This document shows, one piece after another, positions 12,934 through 20,743 of a DNA stretch of 39,637 nt. A model generated the notes under the pieces. It did not search any database. It saw nothing but the letters and a program-made list of their open reading frames with translations, and was not told the DNA's origin. This DNA is from a virus. Where the stretch lies: the IMG/VR virus record IMGVR_UViG_3300009826_000009, positions 1-39,637 of that record. One strand, written 5' to 3'. Positions within the stretch are counted from its first letter, which is position 1. Each line of letters begins with the position of its first letter. The translations under genes were made by a program, and so were the position numbers.

Positions 12934-14029
12934 CGTCGCCTCCTTGCACGGCGGCGCGGGCGCGTTGGGCCTTCTCGGCGAAGGAGGCTGCGTCTCCGGG
13001 CTTGTGGAGTTCGGAGAACCGAAGATGGGCGAGTTGCAGGTCGTCGGCGGCGGTGGAGAGGGCGGAGCGGAGGGTTGTAATCCGGCCATGCGCTTTGCCC
13101 AGATGCTTCGAGAGGTCCCTCCCGCGCTTCTCCAGCCAAACTTCCACGTCGCTTGGCTCAGACAATTCACGAATCTGCTGCTCGTAGTCGGCTATGCGAG
13201 CTTTCAGGGACTCGTTACGTCGCAGCGCTGATTGAAGGTCATCCTCGACGCGCCGCGTCTTCGCCACCATGGCGGTGTACATGCCCTCCATTTCGTTCAG
13301 GCGTTCCTCAGCGGCTTTGTGGTCGGCCTCCAGCTTGTCGGCTCGCTGGATTTCCTCGCAGAGCTTGTCGTAGTTGTCCTCTGTGTGTTGGCGCTGTTCG
13401 GCGGCAAGGGCGGCTTGGACGTCGTAATCGGCTCGGAGGCGGGTGTTCTCGGCCTCAACTTTGTCGAGTTCTGCATATACCTCGTCCACTCGTTTCTTTG
13501 CCGCGTCTAGCTCGTCCTCGGCCCGAAGACCCTCAAGCTGTTCTTCGGCCTCGTCAGCCCGTTTTTGGAGTGTCTGGTTGCGCTTCAAGAGCGTGGCGGC
13601 CTGGGCCTTCCAGAATTCGACCACCCGGCGAGAGGCTTTGAGGTCCGACTCCAGTTCGTCGGCCCGTTCCTCCAACTCTCGCTCGCGTAGCTCAGTTGCT
13701 TGGAGCTTGGCCTCCAACTCCCGCTCTCTGACGAGATGTCGGTCTATCTCCTCCCCGCGCTCGGCTTCTGCCCGCTCTAGGTTGGCTCTCCACTCGGTTT
13801 CTCGTGAGACGCGGAAGTCTTCCTCTTCGCGGAGCTTGGCCTCGGCGCGCTCTGCTCGTTCGCTGGCAGCGAATTCGCCTTCGACCTTCTTGGCCTCGCC
13901 TTGCACGAGCTTGGGTATCCGGTCGTGCTCGTCTAGAGCGGTCAAGATGGCTTCGGCGGCAATGCGCCGTTCGTTGCCCCACGGGTGAATAGCGAGCGCC
14001 CGTGCCACGATCCGTAGGCGCTCATCCAT
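12926..14029 (-). CDS. Long coiled-coil protein (367 aa), function unknown
   Basis: About 250 central residues are E/R/K/L/A heptad-rich; RBS GAGGAGG; local GC ~58-60% versus ~70% genome-wide. Confidence 0.85.
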   Translation of the reverse strand: MDERLRIVARALAIHPWGNERRIAAEAILTALDEHDRIPKLVQGEAKKVEGEFAASERAERAEAKLREEEDFRVSRETEWRANLERAEAERGEEIDRHLVRERELEAKLQATELRERELEERADELESDLKASRRVVEFWKAQAATLLKRNQTLQKRADEAEEQLEGLRAEDELDAAKKRVDEVYAELDKVEAENTRLRADYDVQAALAAEQRQHTEDNYDKLCEEIQRADKLEADHKAAEERLNEMEGMYTAMVAKTRRVEDDLQSALRRNESLKARIADYEQQIRELSEPSDVEVWLEKRGRDLSKHLGKAHGRITTLRSALSTAADDLQLAHLRFSELHKPGDAASFAEKAQRARAAVQGGDDA

Positions 14030-14073
14030 CTTTCAGCACCTCCTCAAGCCGTCCTGGTCGTGCTCGTGCTCGC

Positions 14074-14436
14074 TCACGGCCATTGCTCCTCAAAGATCCA
14101 CCGCAGCGCGGCGTCCTTGGCCTTGCCCGGGCTCGGCGGCCACCAGGCGAGCACGCACTGACAGGAATGCAGCGCCGCAGCGACCCGCAGCTCCTCGCGT
14201 TCGGCCGGCCCGAAGCGCTCGTAGGGCCCGCCGGCCGTGCTCTTGACCTCGACCAGCAGGATGATCGGCAGCGACCACTGCAGCGGGGACGGATGGCCGC
14301 CCTCCCAGCGGGCGAACTCACCGCCGATCGCGGTGACGTCGGCGACTCCCTTGGATGCCGGTTTGCGCTCGGCCAGCCAGCCCCAGCCGCACAGCAGCGC
14401 CTCGACATCGCGCTCGCGGTCGTGGCCGCGCCTCAT
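14074..14436 (-). CDS. Holliday-junction resolvase-like PD-(D/E)XK nuclease (Hjc-type pattern)
   Basis: 120 aa from ATG 14436 (ATGA overlap); ERDVEALLCGWGWLAERKPASKGVADVTAI...LLVEVKST. Confidence 0.6.
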   Translation of the reverse strand: MRRGHDRERDVEALLCGWGWLAERKPASKGVADVTAIGGEFARWEGGHPSPLQWSLPIILLVEVKSTAGGPYERFGPAEREELRVAAALHSCQCVLAWWPPSPGKAKDAALRWIFEEQWP

Positions 14437-14654
14437 TGCCGCCGCCTCCACTTGCGTGCGTCCGGGCAAGTCGCGAAGTGCGAGACGTGCGTGCCGACGC
14501 CGGGCTTGACGTGCTCGGCGCGCGGCGGCTCGCCCAGGCCGACGAGCACGATGTTGCCGCCGGCCACCGGCGCCGCGTCGATCGGCTCGCGTTTGCCGTA
14601 GACGTTGTGCGCCCACACGATCGGCGCGCCGCAGGATCCGCAGCGCTCAGGCAT
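14433..14654 (-). CDS. Zinc-ribbon protein (73 aa)
   Basis: MPERCGSCGAPIVW...HVSHFATCPD; ATGCCTGA overlap with the upstream stop. Confidence 0.65.
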   Translation of the reverse strand: MPERCGSCGAPIVWAHNVYGKREPIDAAPVAGGNIVLVGLGEPPRAEHVKPGVGTHVSHFATCPDARKWRRRQ

Positions 14655-14913
14655 CCTCGCCCCCCTGGTGCTCGGCAAGCGCGCTGAGCCACGCCGTGAT
14701 CTCGCGGCAGAGCGAGCATCGCTCGGCGAGCACCAGGATCGGTTCGCCGCGGCGCTCCTTCAGGAGCCAGCGCAGGTGCTCCAGCGCGGCGTGGGGGAGC
14801 TGCGGCGGTCTGCCTGGCGCCTTTGCCAGGGCACGCTCGAAGCCGCGCCGGTAGGCGTCCTGTTCGGCGGCACGCGCGATGTGCTGCAGCTGCTCGCGGC
14901 GGCGCTCAGACAT
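14647..14913 (-). CDS. Hypothetical protein (88 aa)
   Basis: Track ORF; ATGTCTGA overlap with the upstream stop. Confidence 0.7.
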   Translation of the reverse strand: MSERRREQLQHIARAAEQDAYRRGFERALAKAPGRPPQLPHAALEHLRWLLKERRGEPILVLAERCSLCREITAWLSALAEHQGGEDA

Positions 14914-15193
14914 CGGTGCGCTCTTCCCCTGCGCATCTGCCGCCGCGCGCTTGGTGCGCGGCTTTTTCAGCGCGCAGCAGCTCGAGCTCGGCCTGCGCGC
15001 TCTCGCGGTCGTGCTCGTTGAGCGCAGCGATGACGGCGCGCGCGTCGTCGAGGTGGATCTCTTCGCTCGTCCGGGCGCTCAGGCGCTCCCACACCGCGCG
15101 CATCGGGCCCGAGAGCACCTGACCCACACGCTCGTTCCAGCACTCGCTCATCACGCGCGCCACGACCGCCACCCGCTCGTCGTGCTCGCTCAT
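14906..15193 (-). CDS. Hypothetical protein (95 aa)
   Basis: Internal ATG 15193 overlaps the upstream stop (ATGA). Confidence 0.65.
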   Translation of the reverse strand: MSEHDERVAVVARVMSECWNERVGQVLSGPMRAVWERLSARTSEEIHLDDARAVIAALNEHDRESAQAELELLRAEKAAHQARGGRCAGEERTDV

Positions 15194-15399
15194 GCAGAGC
15201 ACCCCCGCTCGCGATCCCGAGCGCAATCGCGCGCCTGCTCGGCGCATGCCAGCAGACGCCGTCCAAGCGCCTCGGCGTCCTTGATCGAGAAGCGCAGCAG
15301 CTGCTCGCGCCCCTCCACCCACAGTCGGACGGTCACGGTGGGCGCGCCGGGCGCAGGGCGCGCCCCAGTGGCCCTTGGTGTGGACCAGCGCGCTCTCAT
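15190..15399 (-). CDS. Hypothetical protein (69 aa)
   Basis: Internal ATG 15399 overlaps the upstream stop (ATGA). Confidence 0.6.
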   Translation of the reverse strand: MRARWSTPRATGARPAPGAPTVTVRLWVEGREQLLRFSIKDAEALGRRLLACAEQARDCARDRERGCSA

Positions 15400-15575
15400 C
15401 GACGCGCCTTCCAGCTGCCGCCGCGCCGGTGCCCCCAGTGCCAGCCGTCGCACAGCGGGCAGCGGTAGACGTTGGCGCCCGAGCCGCCGCCGCCGCCGGT
15501 GGACTGCATGCGGCGCATGGCGCGCTTGGCCTGGGCTTTTGAGGCGTAGCGGTGCTTGCCGGCGCAGGTGCTCAT
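15396..15575 (-). CDS. Small zinc-ribbon protein (59 aa)
   Basis: ATG 15575 with RBS GGAGG; KHRYASKAQAKRAMRRM...YRCPLCDGWHWG. Confidence 0.65.
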   Translation of the reverse strand: MSTCAGKHRYASKAQAKRAMRRMQSTGGGGGSGANVYRCPLCDGWHWGHRRGGSWKARR

Positions 15576-15617
15576 ATCGGCCTCCGAGCGCCCGCAAATG
15601 AGCACTTTTTGGGCCGA

Positions 15618-15770
15618 AAAATATTTGGCTCTAGAAAGCCAAATATTTTCCAGGTGACGGCAGGTGACGATCTATACGCGCGCGCGTAAGCACAGAGGGA
15701 CAGTTCTTTGCTTGCCCCTCGCGCGCGTACGCGCGCGCGCGCGCCTTGGACCGTCACCTGCCGTCACCTG
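15618..15770. promoter_or_regulatory. Candidate replication origin or regulatory spacer (AT-rich palindrome, iteron-like inverted repeats)
   Basis: 13-bp AT-rich inverted repeat at 15618-15630/15637-15649. 19-bp inverted repeat CAGGTGACGGCAGGTGACG at 15651-15669/15752-15770, giving 4 copies of AGGTGACG. Palindrome GCGCGCGTACGCGCGC at 15721-15736. Directly downstream of the Prim-Pol gene. Confidence 0.5.
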
Positions 15771-17370
15771 CCTGTCGCTCGCGCCAGCCGGTGGGCACGA
15801 GGTAGAACGCGAACACGAGCTCGCGGCCGTCGGAGTGGCTGGCCTTGATGCGCCCCTCCCGGCCGCGCACGCGCCAGCCGGCGCGCAGCATCGCCTGGCG
15901 GGCGCGCTGCGGGGTCGAGCTCGAGCCCACCGCCAGACGCATGAACTGCTGAAGCCAATTGGCGCGCACGAAGTGCACGCCGGCTCTGTCGACGGGCACC
16001 AGCAGACGCCTGGCATAGAGCTCCACCGTGCGGCTCTCGCGCCGGCGCCGCTGCGCTTCGGTCTCGTGCTGCGGCGGAGCGGGGATCTCCTCAGGATCGA
16101 TCTCGTCGAGCCTCGACCACGTCAGCCACTTGTCGGCCTGGTCTGAGAAGTCGAACTCGATCGTCTGGGCCAGCTTGAGCAGCCGCAGCGCCTCGTCGAC
16201 GTAGAGCGCATGCTCGCGCAGCTCCTCGCCGCGGCCGGCGATCGAGCGCACGAGCGAAGCGACACGGCGAGCCTGGATCTTGTTGAAGCTCGTGGTGAGC
16301 CCGACGGTGCAGGCCAGCTGGTCGGCGAGTTTTTCCGGCTGTGCCACGTGCTCGAAGCGCTCGAACTCGATCGAGTAGTCGTCGTCGAGCACGATTGCCG
16401 CCGCCGCCGAGTTGCCGTGCCCGGCGACATAAGCGCCCACTACGCGCCGTTTCACTTCGTCCAGGCGCAGCGCCTTGGTGAGCTCCCCCAACGCATCCTG
16501 CTGACGTACACCAGGGCCGACGCGTCCGATTCGCCGGCGCACCGCTTCCACGGTGCGCTGCACGTAGTCGACGCGCTCGCCCTTCTGCTCGCCGTGCAGG
16601 TGCCGAGCGTGGCGGATCAGCGACTCGATCACGCCATCGTCATAGCCCTGCTCGGCAGCACGGGCGGCGAGCATGTAGTCCCAGTCGCTTGGAGTGCCAC
16701 CTTTCGGCCCTACGCCCTTGCGCGCCGCGATCCTGGCCAGATCGTCGTGGCGCGCCAGAATCGCCTTGGCGTCGGAGCCGGGTGCCTTGCGCAGCGGTCT
16801 GACCGCTTTGAGCGGCAGGGCGACGGCGGGCCCGGCGCCGTTGCTCGACCCGAACATGCGGGCGACCAGCTGGTCGAGCTGCACCTGGCGCGGGGCGATC
16901 TCACCACCACCCCGGCCGGTGATGGTGAAATACCGTCCCTGGTCATAGCACTCGAACTCGTGCCCCCACGGCGTGTTCGACGTGCGTCGCCTGCGCCCGT
17001 GCAGACGGCCCATTACGATCACATGCATGCCGCGCCCCGACGGTGAAAGCTCGTGGTAGCTGTTGAGCAGCGTCACGATTTCATCAGCTGCGGGGTGCAG
17101 CTCGCCGGTGTGCTCGTCCACGCACGCGTCGAGATCCACGCCGGCGAAGGGATCGGCGGCGGCAAACACATAGCCGATACCGTCGACGTCCTTCACTGCG
17201 CATGCTTGCTCGAAGGTGCCCCACGTGCGCGAGTCGTCGGGCTTGGCCTTGGCCTGCGGGTGGGCCGCCTGGTAGGGCACCTTGGTCGGCTTACCGCCGC
17301 GCTGCTCGATGCGCCACACGACCCACTGTTCGCGGGCGCGCAGCTGGGACGGGATGGCGGAGGGGTTCAT
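15754..17370 (-). CDS. Bifunctional primase-polymerase (Prim-Pol) with PriCT-like middle region and unknown C-terminal domain
   Basis: 538 aa from ATG 17370 (RBS GGAGG); WVVWR..GKPTKVPY, GVDLDAC, SPSGRGMHVIV motifs; no Walker A. Confidence 0.85.
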   Translation of the reverse strand: MNPSAIPSQLRAREQWVVWRIEQRGGKPTKVPYQAAHPQAKAKPDDSRTWGTFEQACAVKDVDGIGYVFAAADPFAGVDLDACVDEHTGELHPAADEIVTLLNSYHELSPSGRGMHVIVMGRLHGRRRRTSNTPWGHEFECYDQGRYFTITGRGGGEIAPRQVQLDQLVARMFGSSNGAGPAVALPLKAVRPLRKAPGSDAKAILARHDDLARIAARKGVGPKGGTPSDWDYMLAARAAEQGYDDGVIESLIRHARHLHGEQKGERVDYVQRTVEAVRRRIGRVGPGVRQQDALGELTKALRLDEVKRRVVGAYVAGHGNSAAAAIVLDDDYSIEFERFEHVAQPEKLADQLACTVGLTTSFNKIQARRVASLVRSIAGRGEELREHALYVDEALRLLKLAQTIEFDFSDQADKWLTWSRLDEIDPEEIPAPPQHETEAQRRRRESRTVELYARRLLVPVDRAGVHFVRANWLQQFMRLAVGSSSTPQRARQAMLRAGWRVRGREGRIKASHSDGRELVFAFYLVPTGWRERQAGDGR

Positions 17371-17467
17371 GGCGGACCTCCGATTGCAAGCGAAGGCCAT
17401 TCGTCAGCCATCCATTCACTGCGCTGGAGCTCGCGGCGCTTCGGTAGGACGAGATCAGCGCTCACTG

Positions 17468-17908
17468 CTAATACGGAGGCTCGTCCCCGAACCGCGACCC
17501 CGGCGCCGCCGCCGGCGCAGCAGCTGCCGGCTCGCCTGCAGCCAGATGCCGCTCGATGTAGCTGCGAATGTACTCGCCGTCACGTTCGGTTTTCACTTCA
17601 AACGTCTGACCGACGAGCTTGTCGAACAGCGCTTCCAGCTCGAACGGCTCTTCGCAGCGGCCGATCCCGGGCAGCTCGCCGATTGCCGCGTTGGCGCGGT
17701 CGCCGACGAATGTGTCGCCGTCGTCCAACGGCAGCACCACTCCCGATTTCCAGGCGTGCACGCCGTCGCTCCAGTCCATGAAGGCCATGTAGCGTTCGCG
17801 CGTCTCGGTCGGTCCTGAGAGCTCCGCCTTGACCAGCCGCGCCTTGTAGACGCCGTCCTCGGGCGCCGTGACACCCTCGCCTGCCAGCGCTTTGAAACCG
17901 ATTCCCAT
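17468..17908 (-). CDS. Putative ssDNA-binding protein (DUF669-like pattern, acidic C-terminal tip)
   Basis: 146 aa; RBS AGGAGGA; ends ..RFGDEPPY like SSB tips; lies between a recombinase-like gene and the primase. Confidence 0.5.
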   Translation of the reverse strand: MGIGFKALAGEGVTAPEDGVYKARLVKAELSGPTETRERYMAFMDWSDGVHAWKSGVVLPLDDGDTFVGDRANAAIGELPGIGRCEEPFELEALFDKLVGQTFEVKTERDGEYIRSYIERHLAAGEPAAAAPAAAPGSRFGDEPPY

Positions 17909-17917
17909 CGGGTCCTC

Positions 17918-18862
17918 CTATTCGTTTGTGGGATCCGCGACGCTCTGCGCGTCGCCCTGCTGGGGCGCATCCGCGCCCTGGTGCTGCTCAGTTCTCTCGG
18001 GCTCGGCGCCGGTCTGCTCGACCTGCTGCCCGACCCACCACGCCCACTCGCGCAGCGCCGTCACCGCCGCGTTGGGCATGCCGCCGAGCGGCGGAGCGCC
18101 CTCGCCGGCGAGCATCTGCCCGAGCTTCTGATCCAGCCCGCGCATGAACACCCGTGGTTGCGATTGCGGCCAGGCATGCTCCAGCGCTTCGATCGCGAGC
18201 TTGACCTCCTGCACGTGGGCCATCACGCCGAATGGCTGCTCGGGCGCCGCCGGCGGCGGCGACTCCACGCCGTCCATCTCCTCCGCCGGCGTGGTCGCGT
18301 AGCCGCTCAGCTTGACGATGAACTTCAACGGCGCGGCCAGCGTGCGCGACTGCCCGCGCGTCTGTGCCATGCCGCGCAGCGCGTAGTCCTCGCGCCCGGC
18401 CCACGTGGCCTCTTCGCGCGTGCAGCTGCCCTCGCCCCAGCCGATCACCTCGCCTGAGCGCACAGCGTTGAAGGCGACAGCGAAGCCCCAGCTGGCGCCC
18501 AGCTCGTGCGCGCGGTGCTGGCGCATGCGCGTGATCTGGTGCTTCTCCTGCTCATCGCGCTTGCGGGCGTCCTTTCGCAGTCCCTGCTCGGCCAGCTCTC
18601 GCTCCTCGCCCGTCAGCGCCGGGGGCTCAAACGGCCACTCCAGCGTGCGCACGCCGCCATCGCCCACGGCGAACACACCGGTCAACGCGCCCAGCGTCTG
18701 CCAACCCTCCACGAGGATGTGCTCGCGGGTGCCGATCCGCATCGTCATCTTGCGCTGGCGCACCACGTCGGCCAGCTGGTCTGCGACCTCGGCGGCGGCG
18801 GTCGTGATCTCGGTTGGCGAGCTGGCGGCGAACAGGTCGCGCGTGACGATCTCTGCGCTCAC
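17918..18862 (-). CDS. Putative recombination (single-strand-annealing type) protein; function tentative
   Basis: 314 aa; GTG in a GTGA overlap; ..ILVEGWQTLGALTGV.. and ..GMAQTRGQSRTLAAPLKFIVKLSGYATTPAEEMD..; the position is typical of phage recombinases. Confidence 0.45.
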   Translation of the reverse strand: MSAEIVTRDLFAASSPTEITTAAAEVADQLADVVRQRKMTMRIGTREHILVEGWQTLGALTGVFAVGDGGVRTLEWPFEPPALTGEERELAEQGLRKDARKRDEQEKHQITRMRQHRAHELGASWGFAVAFNAVRSGEVIGWGEGSCTREEATWAGREDYALRGMAQTRGQSRTLAAPLKFIVKLSGYATTPAEEMDGVESPPPAAPEQPFGVMAHVQEVKLAIEALEHAWPQSQPRVFMRGLDQKLGQMLAGEGAPPLGGMPNAAVTALREWAWWVGQQVEQTGAEPERTEQHQGADAPQQGDAQSVADPTNE

Positions 18863-19032
18863 CGCCCCACCGCCTCTTCGATCGCCGTCACGATCCGCTC
18901 GGCCAGATCCTCCAGGCGCGCCTCGATCGCGAGCACCGCGTATGCGATCGCGCGCTGGCAGTCCTCTGATCGCAGCGCGTGGTGCACCGCCTCGACGTGT
19001 TTGGCCGCGCGCTCCGCCGGGCTCAGCGCCAT
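18859..19032 (-). CDS. Hypothetical protein (57 aa)
   Basis: Internal ATG 19032 with RBS GGGGGAAG. Confidence 0.6.
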   Translation of the reverse strand: MALSPAERAAKHVEAVHHALRSEDCQRAIAYAVLAIEARLEDLAERIVTAIEEAVGR

Positions 19033-19133
19033 CACTTCCCCCACGCGCTCAGTACGCAGAAGACCGTGAAGCAGAGCGCCGCCCCGGCCCAGAAGCCCGC
19101 GATGATCCAGGCGCCTGCGACTGCGGCGATCAC
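19032..19133 (-). CDS. 33-aa single-pass membrane peptide, not in the ORF track
   Basis: GTG 19133 (GTGA overlap with the MTase stop); VIAAVAGAWIIAGFWAGAALCFTVFCVLSAWGK; its TGA overlaps the next ATG (TGATG). Confidence 0.45.
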   Translation of the reverse strand: MIAAVAGAWIIAGFWAGAALCFTVFCVLSAWGK

Positions 19134-19795
19134 GCTGCCACGCTCGCTCGGATCGATGCCAGTAGATAACCGCCGATGTGCTCGGTGTATGCCGGTGGGA
19201 TCGCCTCGCGCAGCTCATCCCAGCTGTGCATCCAGTCGATCCCCATGTCCTCGGGCGCCAGCTCGACCGAGCCGCGCAACAGCGGCTTGCGCCCCTGTTT
19301 CTGGACGTTGGCGGCCGCGGGCGTCCACACCAGCCACCCCTTCTTGCCGTAGTAGGCGCGGATCTCGTCCTGGCCGCCGTGCCAGCACGTCTGCGTCATC
19401 ACCGGGAAGCTGCACTCGAATAGGCGATGGCGGCGCACGTTTAACCCGAACATCGAGCCGCACAGCCGCACCGGGTGATCCAGCTCCCAGCCCGCGTCTG
19501 AGATGTTCTCGATCACATAGGGCAGCCCGCCAGCCCGCAGCCGTTCGCGCGTGGGCGGAATCGAGCGCCAGTGCGTCTGGCGGCGCTTCAGGTTCGAGTA
19601 GAACTGGCAGGGCGGCGAGGCGTGGATCGCATCGAAGCCGTCGAGCGGGAACGTCATGGCATCCGTTTGGACGAACTCAAAGGGGTAGCTCGGCTGCGGC
19701 TCGATGTCGACGCCCACCACATCGAATCCAGCGCGGTGATAGCCCATCGCTGCGCCACCGGCGCCGCAGAACAGATCCAGTAGCTGTGGCCTCAT
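19130..19795 (-). CDS. Compact DNA (cytosine-5) methyltransferase
   Basis: 221 aa from ATG 19795; motifs DLFCGAGG (I), SPPCQ (IV), VIENI (VI), RRHRLF (VIII); no cognate endonuclease nearby. Confidence 0.85.
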   Translation of the reverse strand: MRPQLLDLFCGAGGAAMGYHRAGFDVVGVDIEPQPSYPFEFVQTDAMTFPLDGFDAIHASPPCQFYSNLKRRQTHWRSIPPTRERLRAGGLPYVIENISDAGWELDHPVRLCGSMFGLNVRRHRLFECSFPVMTQTCWHGGQDEIRAYYGKKGWLVWTPAAANVQKQGRKPLLRGSVELAPEDMGIDWMHSWDELREAIPPAYTEHIGGYLLASIRASVAA

Positions 19796-20289
19796 CGCCC
19801 CTCCTCGATCACCGGCACGGGCTCCTCGATCGCCTCGGCGTCGACCGGCGGCGTGACCTTCACGGTGCGCACGCGCCAACTGCGGCAGTTCTCGAGCTCC
19901 AGGCGATCCGCGGGGCCCAGCCGCTGCAGGAGCTGTGTGGCGACCGCGGCGCTCACGTGCGTCTCGGTCTTGATCAGCCCGGCGCACTCGGCGGCGCTCA
20001 GGACGCCGCGCTCCACCATCGCTGTCACGACGCCGTCGAGCTCATCCACATCCCAGGCCGAGGAGTACTCCAGGCGCACCTCGTGCCCGTCGAGTGTGAC
20101 CTTGCGCACGTCGGCCGCCTGCATGCGCGCGCGCAGCTCGCCCTTGACCAGCGCGAGCATGTCGGCGGCCTGGCGGCGCGGTCCCTCCCACGCGGCCGCC
20201 AGGCGCGCCAACGTCTGATCCGACGCCTGCTCGAGCGAGCCGGCGAGCACCTCGCCGTTGGGGTCGATCAGCGGCACCAGCTCATGCAT
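19792..20289 (-). CDS. Hypothetical protein (165 aa)
   Basis: Internal ATG 20289 in a TGATG overlap with the upstream stop. Confidence 0.65.
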   Translation of the reverse strand: MHELVPLIDPNGEVLAGSLEQASDQTLARLAAAWEGPRRQAADMLALVKGELRARMQAADVRKVTLDGHEVRLEYSSAWDVDELDGVVTAMVERGVLSAAECAGLIKTETHVSAAVATQLLQRLGPADRLELENCRSWRVRTVKVTPPVDAEAIEEPVPVIEEGR

Positions 20290-20564
20290 CAGCGCTCTCC
20301 TTCCAGCTCTGCGTCGCCGCGTTCTGAGCGCCACCAGCGCGCGGGGCTGTGGTCGTCGCGCCAGACGTAATCGAAGCGTGCAAGGCCGGCCAGGATCGAC
20401 GTGAGATCGCTCAGGTTGATCATCTCCAGCGCTTCGCCCAGCTGCCAGATGTTGCGACCCGGCTCACCGCTATTCAGGTAGCCATCGATGAAGTACGGCG
20501 GGCAGGCGGACAGCACGCGACGATCCAGCACAGTGAGCGTGGGCTCCAGCGCCTTGCCCTCCAT
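20289..20564 (-). CDS. Hypothetical protein (91 aa)
   Basis: Track ORF; TGATG overlap upstream. Confidence 0.7.
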   Translation of the reverse strand: MEGKALEPTLTVLDRRVLSACPPYFIDGYLNSGEPGRNIWQLGEALEMINLSDLTSILAGLARFDYVWRDDHSPARWWRSERGDAELEGER

Positions 20565-20743
20565 CAGCGCCGCTCCCCGAACGGCAGCACTTCGCCCACC
20601 GAGCCGCGGGGACGGCCGGCCTGGGAGATCTCGCGCTCGAGCAGCGTGCGCGCGCGGTTGCGCTTTGCCCGCGCGCGCCCGACGAGCGCGCCCATCGCCG
20701 CCAGCACCAGCGGGGCCAGCAGGATGAGCAGCGCGAAGCTCAT
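20564..20743 (-). CDS. 59-aa membrane-anchored basic protein, not in the ORF track
   Basis: MSFALLILLAPLVLAAMGALVGRARAKRNRAR...; ATGA overlap upstream, TGATG overlap downstream. Confidence 0.55.
   Translation of the reverse strand: MSFALLILLAPLVLAAMGALVGRARAKRNRARTLLEREISQAGRPRGSVGEVLPFGERR

Noticed and set aside
18979-20370. Very long plus-strand ORFs antisense to minus-strand genes (e.g. 463 aa at 18979-20370, 369 aa at 29094-30203, 292 aa at 30598-31476, 278 aa at 16210-17046).
   Set aside because: Their translations are Arg/Ala/Pro/Gly-rich and motif-free. They are the expected stop-poor shadow frames of ~70% GC coding DNA, and each fully overlaps a minus-strand gene with recognisable motifs.
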